A stretch of 64,000 nt of DNA from Candidatus Heimdallarchaeota archaeon (GTDB lineage: Archaea; Asgardarchaeota; Heimdallarchaeia; Heimdallarchaeales; Heimdallarchaeaceae): positions 32,001-96,000 of the forward strand of contig JAHLWR010000007.1 in assembly GCA_019057815.1 (NCBI GenBank). Direction: 5' to 3'. Under the pieces are notes generated by a model. The model searched no databases. It was not told the DNA's origin and saw only the letters and a program-made list of their open reading frames with translations. Positions 32,003 to 42,190 of the stretch are shown here, piece by piece. Both the position numbers and the translations under genes were made by a program. Positions within the stretch are counted from its first letter, which is position 1; the number at the start of each line of letters is the position of its first letter.

Positions 32003-32122
32003 AATTAAACTCTTTATCTAATATATATTTTATGCAACAGATTCTTCTGTTAATATTCCTAACTAGAATATTTCTCTGGTTTATATACCAATTTGAGAAT
32101 AATGAGGTAAACCCATCCGTTC

Positions 32123-32163
32123 TAATATCTTCCTATCTTCAAAAAATCTAATAAAGAATAACT
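32123..32163 (+). repeat. 41-bp direct repeat, copy 2
   Basis: taatatcttcctatcttcaaaaaatctaataaagaataact. Confidence 0.85.
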
Positions 32164-32181
32164 CAAGGGTTAGAATCTCTT

Positions 32182-32595
32182 ATGATGGAAGAACTCTTAG
32201 AACGTCAATCTTCAAGAACTTTTAGTATTCTAGAAAAGGTTCTTTTCGTCCTTTTCACTATTCTTTCTGTTATTGCTTCTGTTCTTTCCTTTACTTATTC
32301 TTCTGATAATTCTTCTTATTCCCTTGTTTTTAAAATCTTCATCGTTTTCTTGACTCTCTTAATCTTTCTCTACTCTTTCACCATCACTATCCTTATTCCT
32401 GTAATTACTAAGAACATTCTTCCAAAAGTGGTTGTCTTGCTTAACTACAATATTAATTCTTTCAAGTTTTTTTCTACTGAAAGGGTGGAATCTTTCCATT
32501 ACAAGAATTTCCAAGAGTTAGATCTATTTGAGGAAATTAGATTTGAAGAGAATAAGGATATGGATGAATTAACATTTTCAGGAGGTATTAACTAA
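32182..32595 (+). CDS. Hypothetical membrane protein (low-complexity, pyrimidine-rich)
   Basis: Two hydrophobic segments; may be spurious. Confidence 0.35.
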   Translation: MMEELLERQSSRTFSILEKVLFVLFTILSVIASVLSFTYSSDNSSYSLVFKIFIVFLTLLIFLYSFTITILIPVITKNILPKVVVLLNYNINSFKFFSTERVESFHYKNFQELDLFEEIRFEENKDMDELTFSGGIN

Positions 32596-32597
32596 CT

Positions 32598-32864
32598 ATG
32601 TCATGGGAATTAATTTTCGAGATAGAACATAAATTTAAGAATAAAACTGTCGGTTTAGCTAATTATAAAATCTCTACCAGAAACGATTTGGAATACTTTT
32701 TAGCTCATTGTGTGAATGTTTCTAACAATTCTGACGATTTATGGTTTTACAGAGCTTTTCTTCTTGATCAAGAAGGTAAAAGTGTTCTCTTGACTAACCT
32801 TAATGATATTATTATTAACAAGGACAAATGTTTTAATTCTGATATTCTTTCAACTTGTGTCTAA
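32598..32864 (+). CDS. Hypothetical protein
   Basis: GGAGGT SD upstream of ATG. Confidence 0.55.
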   Translation: MSWELIFEIEHKFKNKTVGLANYKISTRNDLEYFLAHCVNVSNNSDDLWFYRAFLLDQEGKSVLLTNLNDIIINKDKCFNSDILSTCV

Positions 32865-33068
32865 AGTGATTATATAAAAATCTCAAAAAACAACAGAACA
32901 AGGTAATAATCAATGTCCTATTACGAATTATTTTACAAGAGAATAAACTATAATCCCTAATTAACCATGGAAAAGACATTCAAATTAAATGAAGTGAAAG
33001 AATTTGATCTTGTGAACAATAACTATATAATTCGAAGGACCATATAACTATACCAAATGTGAAAATAG

Positions 33069-34022
33069 GTGTATTTATTGGAAGAAATTAATAGTGTTAT
33101 TGCGATGTTACAAGCTGATAATGTGTCACATAAAGAAATGGAAATTATATTATTGAAAATTATTGAAGTACAAGATATTGCAAATTTTTTAACCAATTTT
33201 TGTAATAAAATCGAGAATATGGAAAATTTAATTATACTTATGAAAAACCTTCTAATATTAGCAACTTATACTACTAAAGAATCTTTAACGGATTTCATTA
33301 TTGGAAAACTTGTAGTGAAGATAGAAAATACAATAGGTTACCAAAAGAGTATTCCTATTTATATCACCCCTCTTCAAGATGATGAATATTCACTAATGGG
33401 TGACTATCCTATGATTTATTTAGAATCAATCACTACTTCGGACGCTATTGAAACATTTAGAACTATTTTAAACAATAAGAACGATTTAATTGATTTTTCA
33501 AAAGGTTTTATTGAAGAAAAGATAAAAGAATTAGAAATTTTAAAGAAAGAACGAGAAAAATTAGAAAAAGGGGAAATAAAAACCCCAATAAAATTTATTT
33601 TATATGGTAAGGAGGTCGATTTTGAAAAAATTAATCCATTATCTAAAAAAAACATTTTGAAAAACCGAAAAATAATTAATACTATCATTACTAATTTATC
33701 AGGGTTGGAATTTAGCGATGAACTCCCTGTTGAATTGTCAATTGAAGAAATGAAAAAAGTAATCGACTGGCAACATCCTGAATTACCAAATTTTCCAGAA
33801 AACAAATATGGTGATGTTGGCCTCGTATCTTTACAAGATGAAATAGTATACAACATTGTCGAAGAAAAACTAGAAACTGAATATAATATTCTTATAGACT
33901 ATTTCGATGATTGTTGCGAGGACACTTTTGATATCTATACTTTTTATGGTTTTGAAAGAAAAATAGTAAAAAATATTTGTAATAAAATTCTTAATGAGTG
34001 TGGTCTAATTGAAAGAAAATAA
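33069..34022 (+). CDS. Hypothetical acidic protein
   Basis: 317-aa ORF with host-like codon usage. Confidence 0.65.
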   Translation: MYLLEEINSVIAMLQADNVSHKEMEIILLKIIEVQDIANFLTNFCNKIENMENLIILMKNLLILATYTTKESLTDFIIGKLVVKIENTIGYQKSIPIYITPLQDDEYSLMGDYPMIYLESITTSDAIETFRTILNNKNDLIDFSKGFIEEKIKELEILKKEREKLEKGEIKTPIKFILYGKEVDFEKINPLSKKNILKNRKIINTIITNLSGLEFSDELPVELSIEEMKKVIDWQHPELPNFPENKYGDVGLVSLQDEIVYNIVEEKLETEYNILIDYFDDCCEDTFDIYTFYGFERKIVKNICNKILNECGLIERK

Positions 34023-34144
34023 AGAAACTACTCCCATTAGTACTTGACAAAAATCCTGAATGTGTAATCCTACACTATAAACCGAAGATGAAACAAGAAA
34101 ACAGTGTTTCATAGTTTAAATATCCAAATCTTAATGACAAAATA

Positions 34145-34372
34145 ATGGATTCTAATTTTTACTCTGATTTTCAATTAGGAATGATACAAACAGAAACTGA
34201 GAAAGCTTATTTTGCTAGTATTTTTAAATTAACAGATGACCCCGTCTGGATTCCTAAGAGTGTTGTTGAACCTAAGACTATGAAACTCAAAAAGTGGTTT
34301 ATCAATCAATTACAACACGAACTCAAAACCATTAAACAAACAACTTTGGCTGATTATTTTCTTACAAAGTAG
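34145..34372 (+). CDS. Small virus/MGE-like hypothetical protein
   Basis: ETEKA...VWIPKS pattern recalled from small phage proteins. Confidence 0.5.
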   Translation: MDSNFYSDFQLGMIQTETEKAYFASIFKLTDDPVWIPKSVVEPKTMKLKKWFINQLQHELKTIKQTTLADYFLTK

Positions 34373-34580
34373 TTTGATACATTCATCCTCCAATCATCTG
34401 TTTTTGGTTAGCTTCCCAATTGTGCAGTTTTCTATAGAAAAATATTAGTGGTAATAAGTGTAAATATTCATTTCTACCTCTAGATAACCAAGATCTCTAG
34501 ATATATTTGGTTATCACATGATTGAAGGAATGAAGATATTATTAGAAAAACAAATAATAACAAGACTGAAGATTAAAAAC

Positions 34581-35999
34581 TTAAACGTAAATAAATTTAG
34601 GTTCAGTGATTTCTCCAACAATCCACATTATCATTTCTTTTAGATCATGTTGCATATTTTCAATATGAGGTATTAGATCTAACCATCCATATTTTGGTAG
34701 TGTTTTCTTCACCTGTTCTAATTTTTCTATATATTTATTGTATACTTCTATTTCTTTTTTCTTTTTGTTCTCAAAATAGATTTTTAATTCGGGTTTATTC
34801 GCAATTTTAGGTTTTATTATTTTAATAAAGAATTTATGACATTGACAGAAACCAACAGTTATAACTAATACATCAACTGGCAAATCACTCAAATACAATT
34901 CAGCTATATACTCACGTTGTTTTATATTTAAAGCAAACTTAGGTTTTGTTGTGTGTTCTTCACAACTTTCCATAAGATAAGATTTTGACTCAACAAAATA
35001 CATAGTATTATCTTTGATAAAATCAAACTCACTGTTATTTCCAGAAATAAACCAATAATCCATAAGCCACTCATAAATATTAAAAAAAGAGTAATGTTTA
35101 GCTAAAAGATTATTATAAAATTCTTTAGGTAAAATAGTTTCTAATGTTTTTGTACTTATTTTTATGGTTTTATATTTCAATAATTGTCGAAACATTCCTT
35201 CTAAAATCTTTCCTTCTTCTGAAATCGATTGAATTACGTCATCAATAGATATTTCAACAAAATCCTTTCCCGATATTTTTTCATAATCTTTCAACTTTTC
35301 TTTTTCTATTTTCTTCCACTTCTTAAAAACAAGTTCAAGAATAAGATCAGTGATATTTTTGTGCCATATTTCTAATTTCATTTGATTTGGCTTCAAGAAC
35401 CCCCCTCTTACATAATAAAACGCATCTCCTTCTCCGGTTATAGATAATCCTCTTTCACATTTTAACACTTGTTCTTCTTTTATAGTATCAAAATTCACTG
35501 TATTTGAACATTTATCGCATCGTAATTTTTGCTTATCTTCGGAATAGAAATCTAAGTACCCTTTACAATTTTCTATTGTACATTTAATTGAAAGGTAACT
35601 TGGCCACTTATCAGGATTTTTTAATACATTTTTTATGTTACTTTTTCTTGTTTCTTCAAAATTACGTATCTTTATTGATTCTTCTGTTTCAGCGAGTAAA
35701 ATCAGTATTAAGTTTTTAATATCATTATAATCAGAATTATATACTCTACTTCCTCCTACCCTTTGTTCTTTATTTGTAACAAACATTTTGAAGCCTTTAA
35801 AAAATTCTTTTTCTATAACCTTTTCTGCAATCTTTCCTCTTATTTGTCTGTAGTTTATTGTTTTATTAGAAAGTATATCTTGGATGGTAGCTCTCTTCTC
35901 ATCAGTTAATATATATCTATCAAATAGCTCTAATTCTCTATATTTCTCAAAAGGATAAGTTTTTTCCCATATTACTTCATATTTGAATCCCTTAACCAT
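34581..35999 (-). CDS. Hypothetical protein with Zn-ribbon-like Cys cluster and C-terminal PD-(D/E)XK-like motif
   Basis: CTIENC...CDKC; EFDFIKDNTMYFVESKS. Confidence 0.6.
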   Translation of the reverse strand: MVKGFKYEVIWEKTYPFEKYRELELFDRYILTDEKRATIQDILSNKTINYRQIRGKIAEKVIEKEFFKGFKMFVTNKEQRVGGSRVYNSDYNDIKNLILILLAETEESIKIRNFEETRKSNIKNVLKNPDKWPSYLSIKCTIENCKGYLDFYSEDKQKLRCDKCSNTVNFDTIKEEQVLKCERGLSITGEGDAFYYVRGGFLKPNQMKLEIWHKNITDLILELVFKKWKKIEKEKLKDYEKISGKDFVEISIDDVIQSISEEGKILEGMFRQLLKYKTIKISTKTLETILPKEFYNNLLAKHYSFFNIYEWLMDYWFISGNNSEFDFIKDNTMYFVESKSYLMESCEEHTTKPKFALNIKQREYIAELYLSDLPVDVLVITVGFCQCHKFFIKIIKPKIANKPELKIYFENKKKKEIEVYNKYIEKLEQVKKTLPKYGWLDLIPHIENMQHDLKEMIMWIVGEITEPKFIYV

Positions 36000-36207
36000 T
36001 TAATTCAACTTAGAACAATCAATTGTGATTATATTAATTATAGTATCTGGAATATAAATTGTTCTTTATTCTCATAGAAGTCAGCATGAATCTTTTCTAG
36101 TTGAATAGATTACTTCATGCATGTTTAACTTCCTTTCATCTTTTCCATTCATCTGAAAATAAAAAAGGAAAAAAGATGACTAAAAAAGCAATATGAACTT
36201 TATCTTC

Positions 36208-36660
36208 CTAATATACTCCATATGTTTGGATTTTTTGCTTGTAATCTCTTATCGTTTGTTTCAACTCTTTTTGATTAATCCAGCTTTTTTCTCTTATCAA
36301 GTTTAGATAAATACGATATATTCTTTCTCCACATGTTAGTGAGAGTAACGATAACACAATTACTAGTGCATGTTCCTCTGGATCTACAAAGTCTTGTTCT
36401 TCTTGTTCTACCGACTCTATCGCTAATTCCTCGATACTATCGAAAAAAGTCTTTTCTAACTTGAATTTTGTCTTTAAATGTTTTATTAATTCCTTTATTT
36501 TCTCTTTTACTCCCTCTTGTACTATATTCTTTTTTCCTCTTATTTTCTTCTCTGAACTCTCTATTTCTGTATCAAAAAAAATTTGCACATTGTTAGAAGT
36601 TCCCAAATCCCTTAGTAATGTGCATTTATGTTTTGACCCTTGAACCATTTCTATAGCCAT
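36208..36660 (-). CDS. Hypothetical helical protein (weak resemblance to a TFB cyclin repeat)
   Basis: 150-aa ORF; helical pattern IKELIKHL..KFKL...DPEEHAL...KQTIRDYK. Confidence 0.5.
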   Translation of the reverse strand: MAIEMVQGSKHKCTLLRDLGTSNNVQIFFDTEIESSEKKIRGKKNIVQEGVKEKIKELIKHLKTKFKLEKTFFDSIEELAIESVEQEEQDFVDPEEHALVIVLSLLSLTCGERIYRIYLNLIREKSWINQKELKQTIRDYKQKIQTYGVY

Positions 36661-36969
36661 GTCAACTTATTCTTTCTCTTTTTCTTTTTAAATACCTATC
36701 GTACCAGATTGCAGTTAGATTGCAGTTTTTCTTTTTTTTCCTAATATTTTTATTATTTTTTATCATTTAATGACGAAAATTATCTACAAATCATTATTAC
36801 TACATCTATTACTCCCTTTATTCCTTACTTTTCCTTCTTTTCTTGTAATCTAACTGTTACCTTTTCTTACTTCCTTTATATTTCTTATCAGTAACTTTTT
36901 TCAATTTCAGTTTTATTTAGAACCAAACTAATTCATTTAAATAATGTAAATAGTGAACTGTGAGATAAC

Positions 36970-38088
36970 ATGAAAGATTTTTATAAAGAATGGAATGAAC
37001 TAGAGAAATTCCATAAAGTAACTAGTTCTAGTAATCCATTAAAAAATGAAGGGATTAAAGCGTTTTTAGAATTATCTAAGTTTGCCAAAAAACTCGAACT
37101 TAAAGTCCCTAAAAACCCATCATTTTATTTTAGGTTTGGTAGTAATGCTCACTATAATTGGTTAATTAAAACTAACAAATTGGTTAAGATCATTTCAGAA
37201 ATTCCAAATTATGAACCACGAATCAAGAAATTTTTCAACAATGATAATTATTTTGATTCTCTATCTGCACTTTATGAACTGGAAATGGCTTTAAAATTCA
37301 AATTACAAGGTTTTGAAGTTGTTTTTACAGATGAAAATACTCCTGATAAAATACCAGATATAGAGATTAAACTAGCTGATAAAGTTTTTAATCTTGAAGT
37401 TACTTCTTTAAACAATCCTGATCAAGATAAAGAGATACAAGAATTTTATTCGCAGTTATTGAATTTAATATTGAGGCATAAGGTAGAGATTGCTGGTAAT
37501 ATAATTGATGTTCCCAAAAATATGCATAGCAATCTTTTACAAGAGATTGAAAATAGAATAATAGAATCCAAAGAAAAGGGAGAAATAACTAAGATAATAG
37601 AAGAAGGAAAATTAATTCTTGAAATTGCTCCTAATCGGAGTACTGAAAAATTAACTCTTACAGGATTCCATTTTGTTAATAAGGAATTAAAAAATATCGA
37701 AGATAAGGTCAATCAGGTTATCAAAGATAAAAGCGGTCAACTCTCTGTTAACCAAAACCCAGGTATTCTTTGTATTTATAGCGGGAGTAGAACCATTAAT
37801 ATTGAAAAATTATATACTAAAGCTTACGATAAAATTAATCCTTATCTTCAGACCATGCCAAACCTATCAGCTTTAGTTCTTAGTTCATACTCGGACTTTT
37901 ATCCTCTTAAAACATTAAATCATTTGAAATCATCAATTGGTTCTAAAGTGTTATGTGTATTAGAACCTAGATTTGGTGAAACTGAACAGTCAATTATTTG
38001 GAAAAACAGTACTGCTTCCTATGAGTTACCTCCTGAATTTATTGAATCCTATGAAACTTTTGATCATCAAGTATCAGAGATTATATAA
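36970..38088 (+). CDS. PD-(D/E)XK-like nuclease-fold protein
   Basis: LYELEMA, KIPDIEIKLADKVFNLEVTS, KSGQL. Confidence 0.6.
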   Translation: MKDFYKEWNELEKFHKVTSSSNPLKNEGIKAFLELSKFAKKLELKVPKNPSFYFRFGSNAHYNWLIKTNKLVKIISEIPNYEPRIKKFFNNDNYFDSLSALYELEMALKFKLQGFEVVFTDENTPDKIPDIEIKLADKVFNLEVTSLNNPDQDKEIQEFYSQLLNLILRHKVEIAGNIIDVPKNMHSNLLQEIENRIIESKEKGEITKIIEEGKLILEIAPNRSTEKLTLTGFHFVNKELKNIEDKVNQVIKDKSGQLSVNQNPGILCIYSGSRTINIEKLYTKAYDKINPYLQTMPNLSALVLSSYSDFYPLKTLNHLKSSIGSKVLCVLEPRFGETEQSIIWKNSTASYELPPEFIESYETFDHQVSEII

Positions 38089-38227
38089 TTTTTCCTCTCG
38101 TTACTGCTAATAAGAAAAAAAAGAGGAACTCAAATTTTTTTTGGATACTCCACATATTGTTCTTTCATTTGCTAAAGAAATCTTTATTTTCAAAAATGAT
38201 TAAATAGAAGAGACAGATGGTTTTTTA

Positions 38228-38605
38228 TTAATAATTAGGACTAAATGTAAAAAATATCAAAATTGAAATATACATTACCGTACCCAAATACAAATAACAA
38301 ATAAATTTTGTAGGTTTCTTTTTTATCATTTTTTTTCTGTTTGAAAGGTAATTAAAGCAATTATTTGAGAAATAAAATCCGAGAGGTATTGCTCCCAAAG
38401 TAATTCCTACATATCCAAAATCACTATATAAATACCAAGGGATACTCTCAATTAATCCTCGGGCTGCAATTCCAATAAAGGTTATGCTCATAACAACTAA
38501 CCAGATAATAGTACAAAATCCCAGTCTCTTAAGCAATACTTGTTTTTCTTCGTCTAATTCTTGAAACTTTGTTTTCATATATTTTTTAATTTTTAATTTA
38601 CTCAT
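38228..38605 (-). CDS. Small 3-TM membrane protein
   Basis: Three hydrophobic segments. Confidence 0.55.
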   Translation of the reverse strand: MSKLKIKKYMKTKFQELDEEKQVLLKRLGFCTIIWLVVMSITFIGIAARGLIESIPWYLYSDFGYVGITLGAIPLGFYFSNNCFNYLSNRKKMIKKKPTKFICYLYLGTVMYISILIFFTFSPNY

Positions 38606-39026
38606 TAGATCTTACTCTTTCAGTTTATCTCCCCACAATACTTACTTGTAAGCTATTATCCTTCTTTTGTATTATTTAGTAATACAAACTCTTCTGTTAA
38701 AGCTGTTCTCTTTGTTTGTTCCTTACAACTCCATCATGTTGTTCTGAACTCATACACTCTCAGAACTCTTCTAGGTATAAATAGAATCTATTGTTCTTTC
38801 TGTTCTTGTTCTAACTCACCCATCTCTAATTGAGTGTTTTTTCACTATAAAAACTTACTATCCATTTCAAATAGGAGTTTAAAACCATTCAGGATAAAAA
38901 GAAGAACGGAGATGAACAAATGACTGTTAACTTGATCGAGAGAATCTACATTTTTACAGAGATCTGATTAATTTCAAAAAACTGAAATATTCTTGAAACT
39001 AAGTATTCTTTAGATAAATTTGAGAT

Positions 39027-40052
39027 GTGATTATATTGGATATTCAAGTACTATTCAATTTTGAACAGTTTTTAATCCAAAATCAATATGCAAACAACAC
39101 TCATGGATTTATTTCAAGTTTTTTATCAAATTGTCAATATAGCAGTTGTTATAATAAAATAATGGAATTTGATAATAATTTAAATTCATGGATAAATAGC
39201 AGGAAACAGATAGAACCACCAATAGGTTTGTTTCTTGAGTTAAGGTTGTTTAATTATTTACATAATCTGAATGCATCTTTTATTAATTCAAGTTCAAATG
39301 AAATTGCGGATATTGAAGTAAGAACTGATGAAATAGTCTTCCAGATTGAATGCACTCATTCTTTAAGAAAAAATATGAGAGACTTTGATAATAAAACTAC
39401 CTTAAGAATCACTAATCCTCTCAACGAAAAAGAAGGAATGAAAAAAGCTAATGAAGCTGTTGGAGCTGTAGATCCTTTCTATACTGATTGGCATATTAGA
39501 AAAAGACTAGCTGAAAAAGCTTACAAACATATTCAACAACCTTTTATCATCTATTTTTGGTACCCTTCTAATGGGTTTAGTCTTGATTCTACAGATTTCG
39601 AAGACATACTGAATTGTGACTTCCATAAGATAATTACTTTTGATCGTAGTCAATGGGGTAAAATTGATGAACTATTAGATAAATTAGAAAAAAATATGAA
39701 TTTGATGGATTTTAAAGAAGCAAGTGATGATTTAGATGATAGTACAAGAAAACAATTTTACGACCTTATTACTCAGGAGAGAGTAATACACGAACATGAA
39801 CATCTTGCAAATCTTTGGCAAACAGAGGCGAATGTCGAACTTTATCGAAAACATAGACCTACTGATGAGCAAATTAAGGAATATTTAACCAATTCATTGA
39901 TATTCACATACATGATTCAAACATCTGAAAATCTTGCTGGTATTATTATCGATAATACAAAATTAGATCTATCTCCAAATCTCCAACCTATAGACAATAA
40001 TAAGAAAAAAAATATGTTTATCACAATAATGAACGTGATAAAGAATGCATAA
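39027..40052 (+). CDS. PD-(D/E)XK-like nuclease-fold protein
   Basis: FLELRL, ADIEVRTDEIVFQIECT. Confidence 0.5.
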   Translation: MIILDIQVLFNFEQFLIQNQYANNTHGFISSFLSNCQYSSCYNKIMEFDNNLNSWINSRKQIEPPIGLFLELRLFNYLHNLNASFINSSSNEIADIEVRTDEIVFQIECTHSLRKNMRDFDNKTTLRITNPLNEKEGMKKANEAVGAVDPFYTDWHIRKRLAEKAYKHIQQPFIIYFWYPSNGFSLDSTDFEDILNCDFHKIITFDRSQWGKIDELLDKLEKNMNLMDFKEASDDLDDSTRKQFYDLITQERVIHEHEHLANLWQTEANVELYRKHRPTDEQIKEYLTNSLIFTYMIQTSENLAGIIIDNTKLDLSPNLQPIDNNKKKNMFITIMNVIKNA

Positions 40053-40148
40053 AGGACAAGAAGTGAGAAGAAAAAAAAGAGTGATAATATGACAGAAGAA
40101 ACAAAGAAACTATGATAGAGTTATTTTTCGAAATTGTATTCATTCTAT

Positions 40149-40640
40149 TTAATGTAAAAAAAACAATTCTTTTTCCATCATACAATCTATTGCCCATTCT
40201 CTCTCTATTTTTTCTACAATCTTAAAACCTGATTTTTCATAAAATCTTATTACCTTTTGATTATTACTCCAAATTGTTAACAATCGAAGCTTCCTTAGAT
40301 TAAGTTTTTTTGCTTTTATTTCGAGATATTCCATTAGTCTAGTTCCTATTCCTTTATTTTGATATTCAAGAAGAATATACAACTTACATATAACGCCAAT
40401 ATTTTCATTAATCATCAAAGCTGAAATACCAACAGTTTCTGATTCTATTTTAAATAGGTAAAAATCCATTTTATTAAAATCCTCTAAAATCTCTTCAAGA
40501 GATACAACTGGGTCTTTGAAGTACTCCTTTGAAATCATGTTTTTGTAATGTTCTCTATTACTTTTATTAATTACATAAGTAATTCTTTCTGCATCGTTGA
40601 TAGTTGCTTTTTCAATCATTATTTCTAAAACTAGTTTCAT
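40149..40640 (-). CDS. GNAT N-acetyltransferase
   Basis: LYILLEYQNKGIGTRLM, RFYEKSGF. Confidence 0.85.
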   Translation of the reverse strand: MKLVLEIMIEKATINDAERITYVINKSNREHYKNMISKEYFKDPVVSLEEILEDFNKMDFYLFKIESETVGISALMINENIGVICKLYILLEYQNKGIGTRLMEYLEIKAKKLNLRKLRLLTIWSNNQKVIRFYEKSGFKIVEKIEREWAIDCMMEKELFFLH

Positions 40641-40861
40641 GTTATTTATAAATTAGTTTTTTGAGTTTTTCAGATAAATTAATTTGATGCTTAATATCTA
40701 TTATTTTTTTTGATAATATGAGATTAGAACTAGTATTAGCAAGAAATTCTGTTGGTGAAGAAATATCCTGAAAAAGAAGAATTTTATCTGAAATGTACAA
40801 CAGAGGAAATAGATTTCTGCAAAGAGAATAAAAATAGAGTGTCACATAAAGTAAGGCACAA

Positions 40862-41836
40862 TTAGTCCAATGATTTAACATCTTCAATTTTTTTTGTGGT
40901 TTTCATCCTCTGTAATTTTGTCTCAACTAATTTCTTAAGCTCATTCTTGATTTTTTCAAAATCGACTTCTTCAATTATCTCATCTATAATACCTTCAAGT
41001 AGATATTGACTATAAAATTGACCTTCAAGATTATCCTCTAGCCAATTTATTGCATTCTGTGTCAGTTTTGCTATTCGTGGAAAATTCTTTATAATCTCTG
41101 AATCTTCATTTAACTGACTGGTATAGAGCATTTCATTTGGGTATCTCGTTACAGCTTCATATGGTGCTGTTAGGATTGTTAGAAGGATAACAGGCACAAA
41201 TCGTTCTGACATATCCAAGATATATTCATCTAGGAAAGATATGATATAATCTCCTATGTTTTTGTATTTGTCTGATAATCTGATTGAAAAGGAAGAGATA
41301 ACCATTTCAAGAAAAGAAATTGTTAGTGAACCATATTCTTTTGAATTTTCAGCATAATCAACTAATTGCTGAACAACTCCTTCTTGTTGAATTGATTCTA
41401 AGATATCTTTTGACATCTGTTTGTATATTGGTTTCAGCTTATTTGGTTTCTTCTCAATGATGTGTTTGATATATTTGCCTTCTATATTTCTTGTTGATGT
41501 CATCTGATTCAATATTTGATTAAACGAATCTTCCAGGTCTTCGCTACCAATCAGTTTGAATAATCTTGTGAATATATTTGTTAACCTAGGTAATCCTTCT
41601 TCAATCATCAAATAGATAACTCTATATGAATCATGCCCTATTCTAAACATCAATTTCTCATGTTCCAGTCTAGTATAGGTTGTTAAAGCCCAAATCTTCA
41701 TAATTTTTTCAACAGCTTGCTGCATATGATATAGAGCATTTCCATAGGATTGTGTGTTGTAGAGAGTGTTAGCGTCCACTATGTCTTGTTTGGCAAATGT
41801 AACTAATTCAGTGATAGTATCTTGTCTATTTTTCAT
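40862..41836 (-). CDS. HEPN-domain protein with large helical insertion
   Basis: A..L.....YGNALYHMQQAVEKIMK, IGHD, TRYP. Confidence 0.75.
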   Translation of the reverse strand: MKNRQDTITELVTFAKQDIVDANTLYNTQSYGNALYHMQQAVEKIMKIWALTTYTRLEHEKLMFRIGHDSYRVIYLMIEEGLPRLTNIFTRLFKLIGSEDLEDSFNQILNQMTSTRNIEGKYIKHIIEKKPNKLKPIYKQMSKDILESIQQEGVVQQLVDYAENSKEYGSLTISFLEMVISSFSIRLSDKYKNIGDYIISFLDEYILDMSERFVPVILLTILTAPYEAVTRYPNEMLYTSQLNEDSEIIKNFPRIAKLTQNAINWLEDNLEGQFYSQYLLEGIIDEIIEEVDFEKIKNELKKLVETKLQRMKTTKKIEDVKSLD

Positions 41837-42026
41837 TTATATGGTTTTAAGAAGAGTGACGTGTTTTTAAGATATTGATTGTTGATAGGACACAAGAAAG
41901 AATCCTTTTTTGTCTTAATTAAGTTAAACGAATTTGAAAGATAATAGAACTTTTTTGTCAATGAAATTAATGAAAGACTTGAGTTCTGAAAAACAAAAAT
42001 AGCGAAAAGTGTAAGGAAGATTAAAA

Positions 42027-42190
42027 TTACTCTTTTTCATTTTTCTTTTGTGTTAGTTTTTCAAGTCTTTCTTGATAATTTTTTATCGTTTCTAGATCGT
42101 CCTTTGTATATTTCCAGATAATTGTAGTACTATAATTTTTGATTTCTGCCAAAGTAAAACATCTAAAATCAAAATAATCCTTATCTAAAA
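42027..42190 (-). pseudogene. 3' fragment of an unknown gene fused at the island's right junction
   Basis: Short coding-like tail continuing out of frame from the GH127 5' half. Confidence 0.35.

Larger units (their letters stand above)
22952..42190. mobile_element. ~19.2 kb genomic island interrupting the GH127 gene (no integrase or transposase recognised)
   Basis: Co-linear 5' (42191-43198) and 3' (21959-22951) halves of one gene flank accessory ORFs. Confidence 0.75.

Noticed and set aside
34483-34515. Inverted repeat gataaccaa...ttggttatc
   Set aside because: It lies between convergent genes and is most simply a terminator-like hairpin; nothing supports an origin or att role
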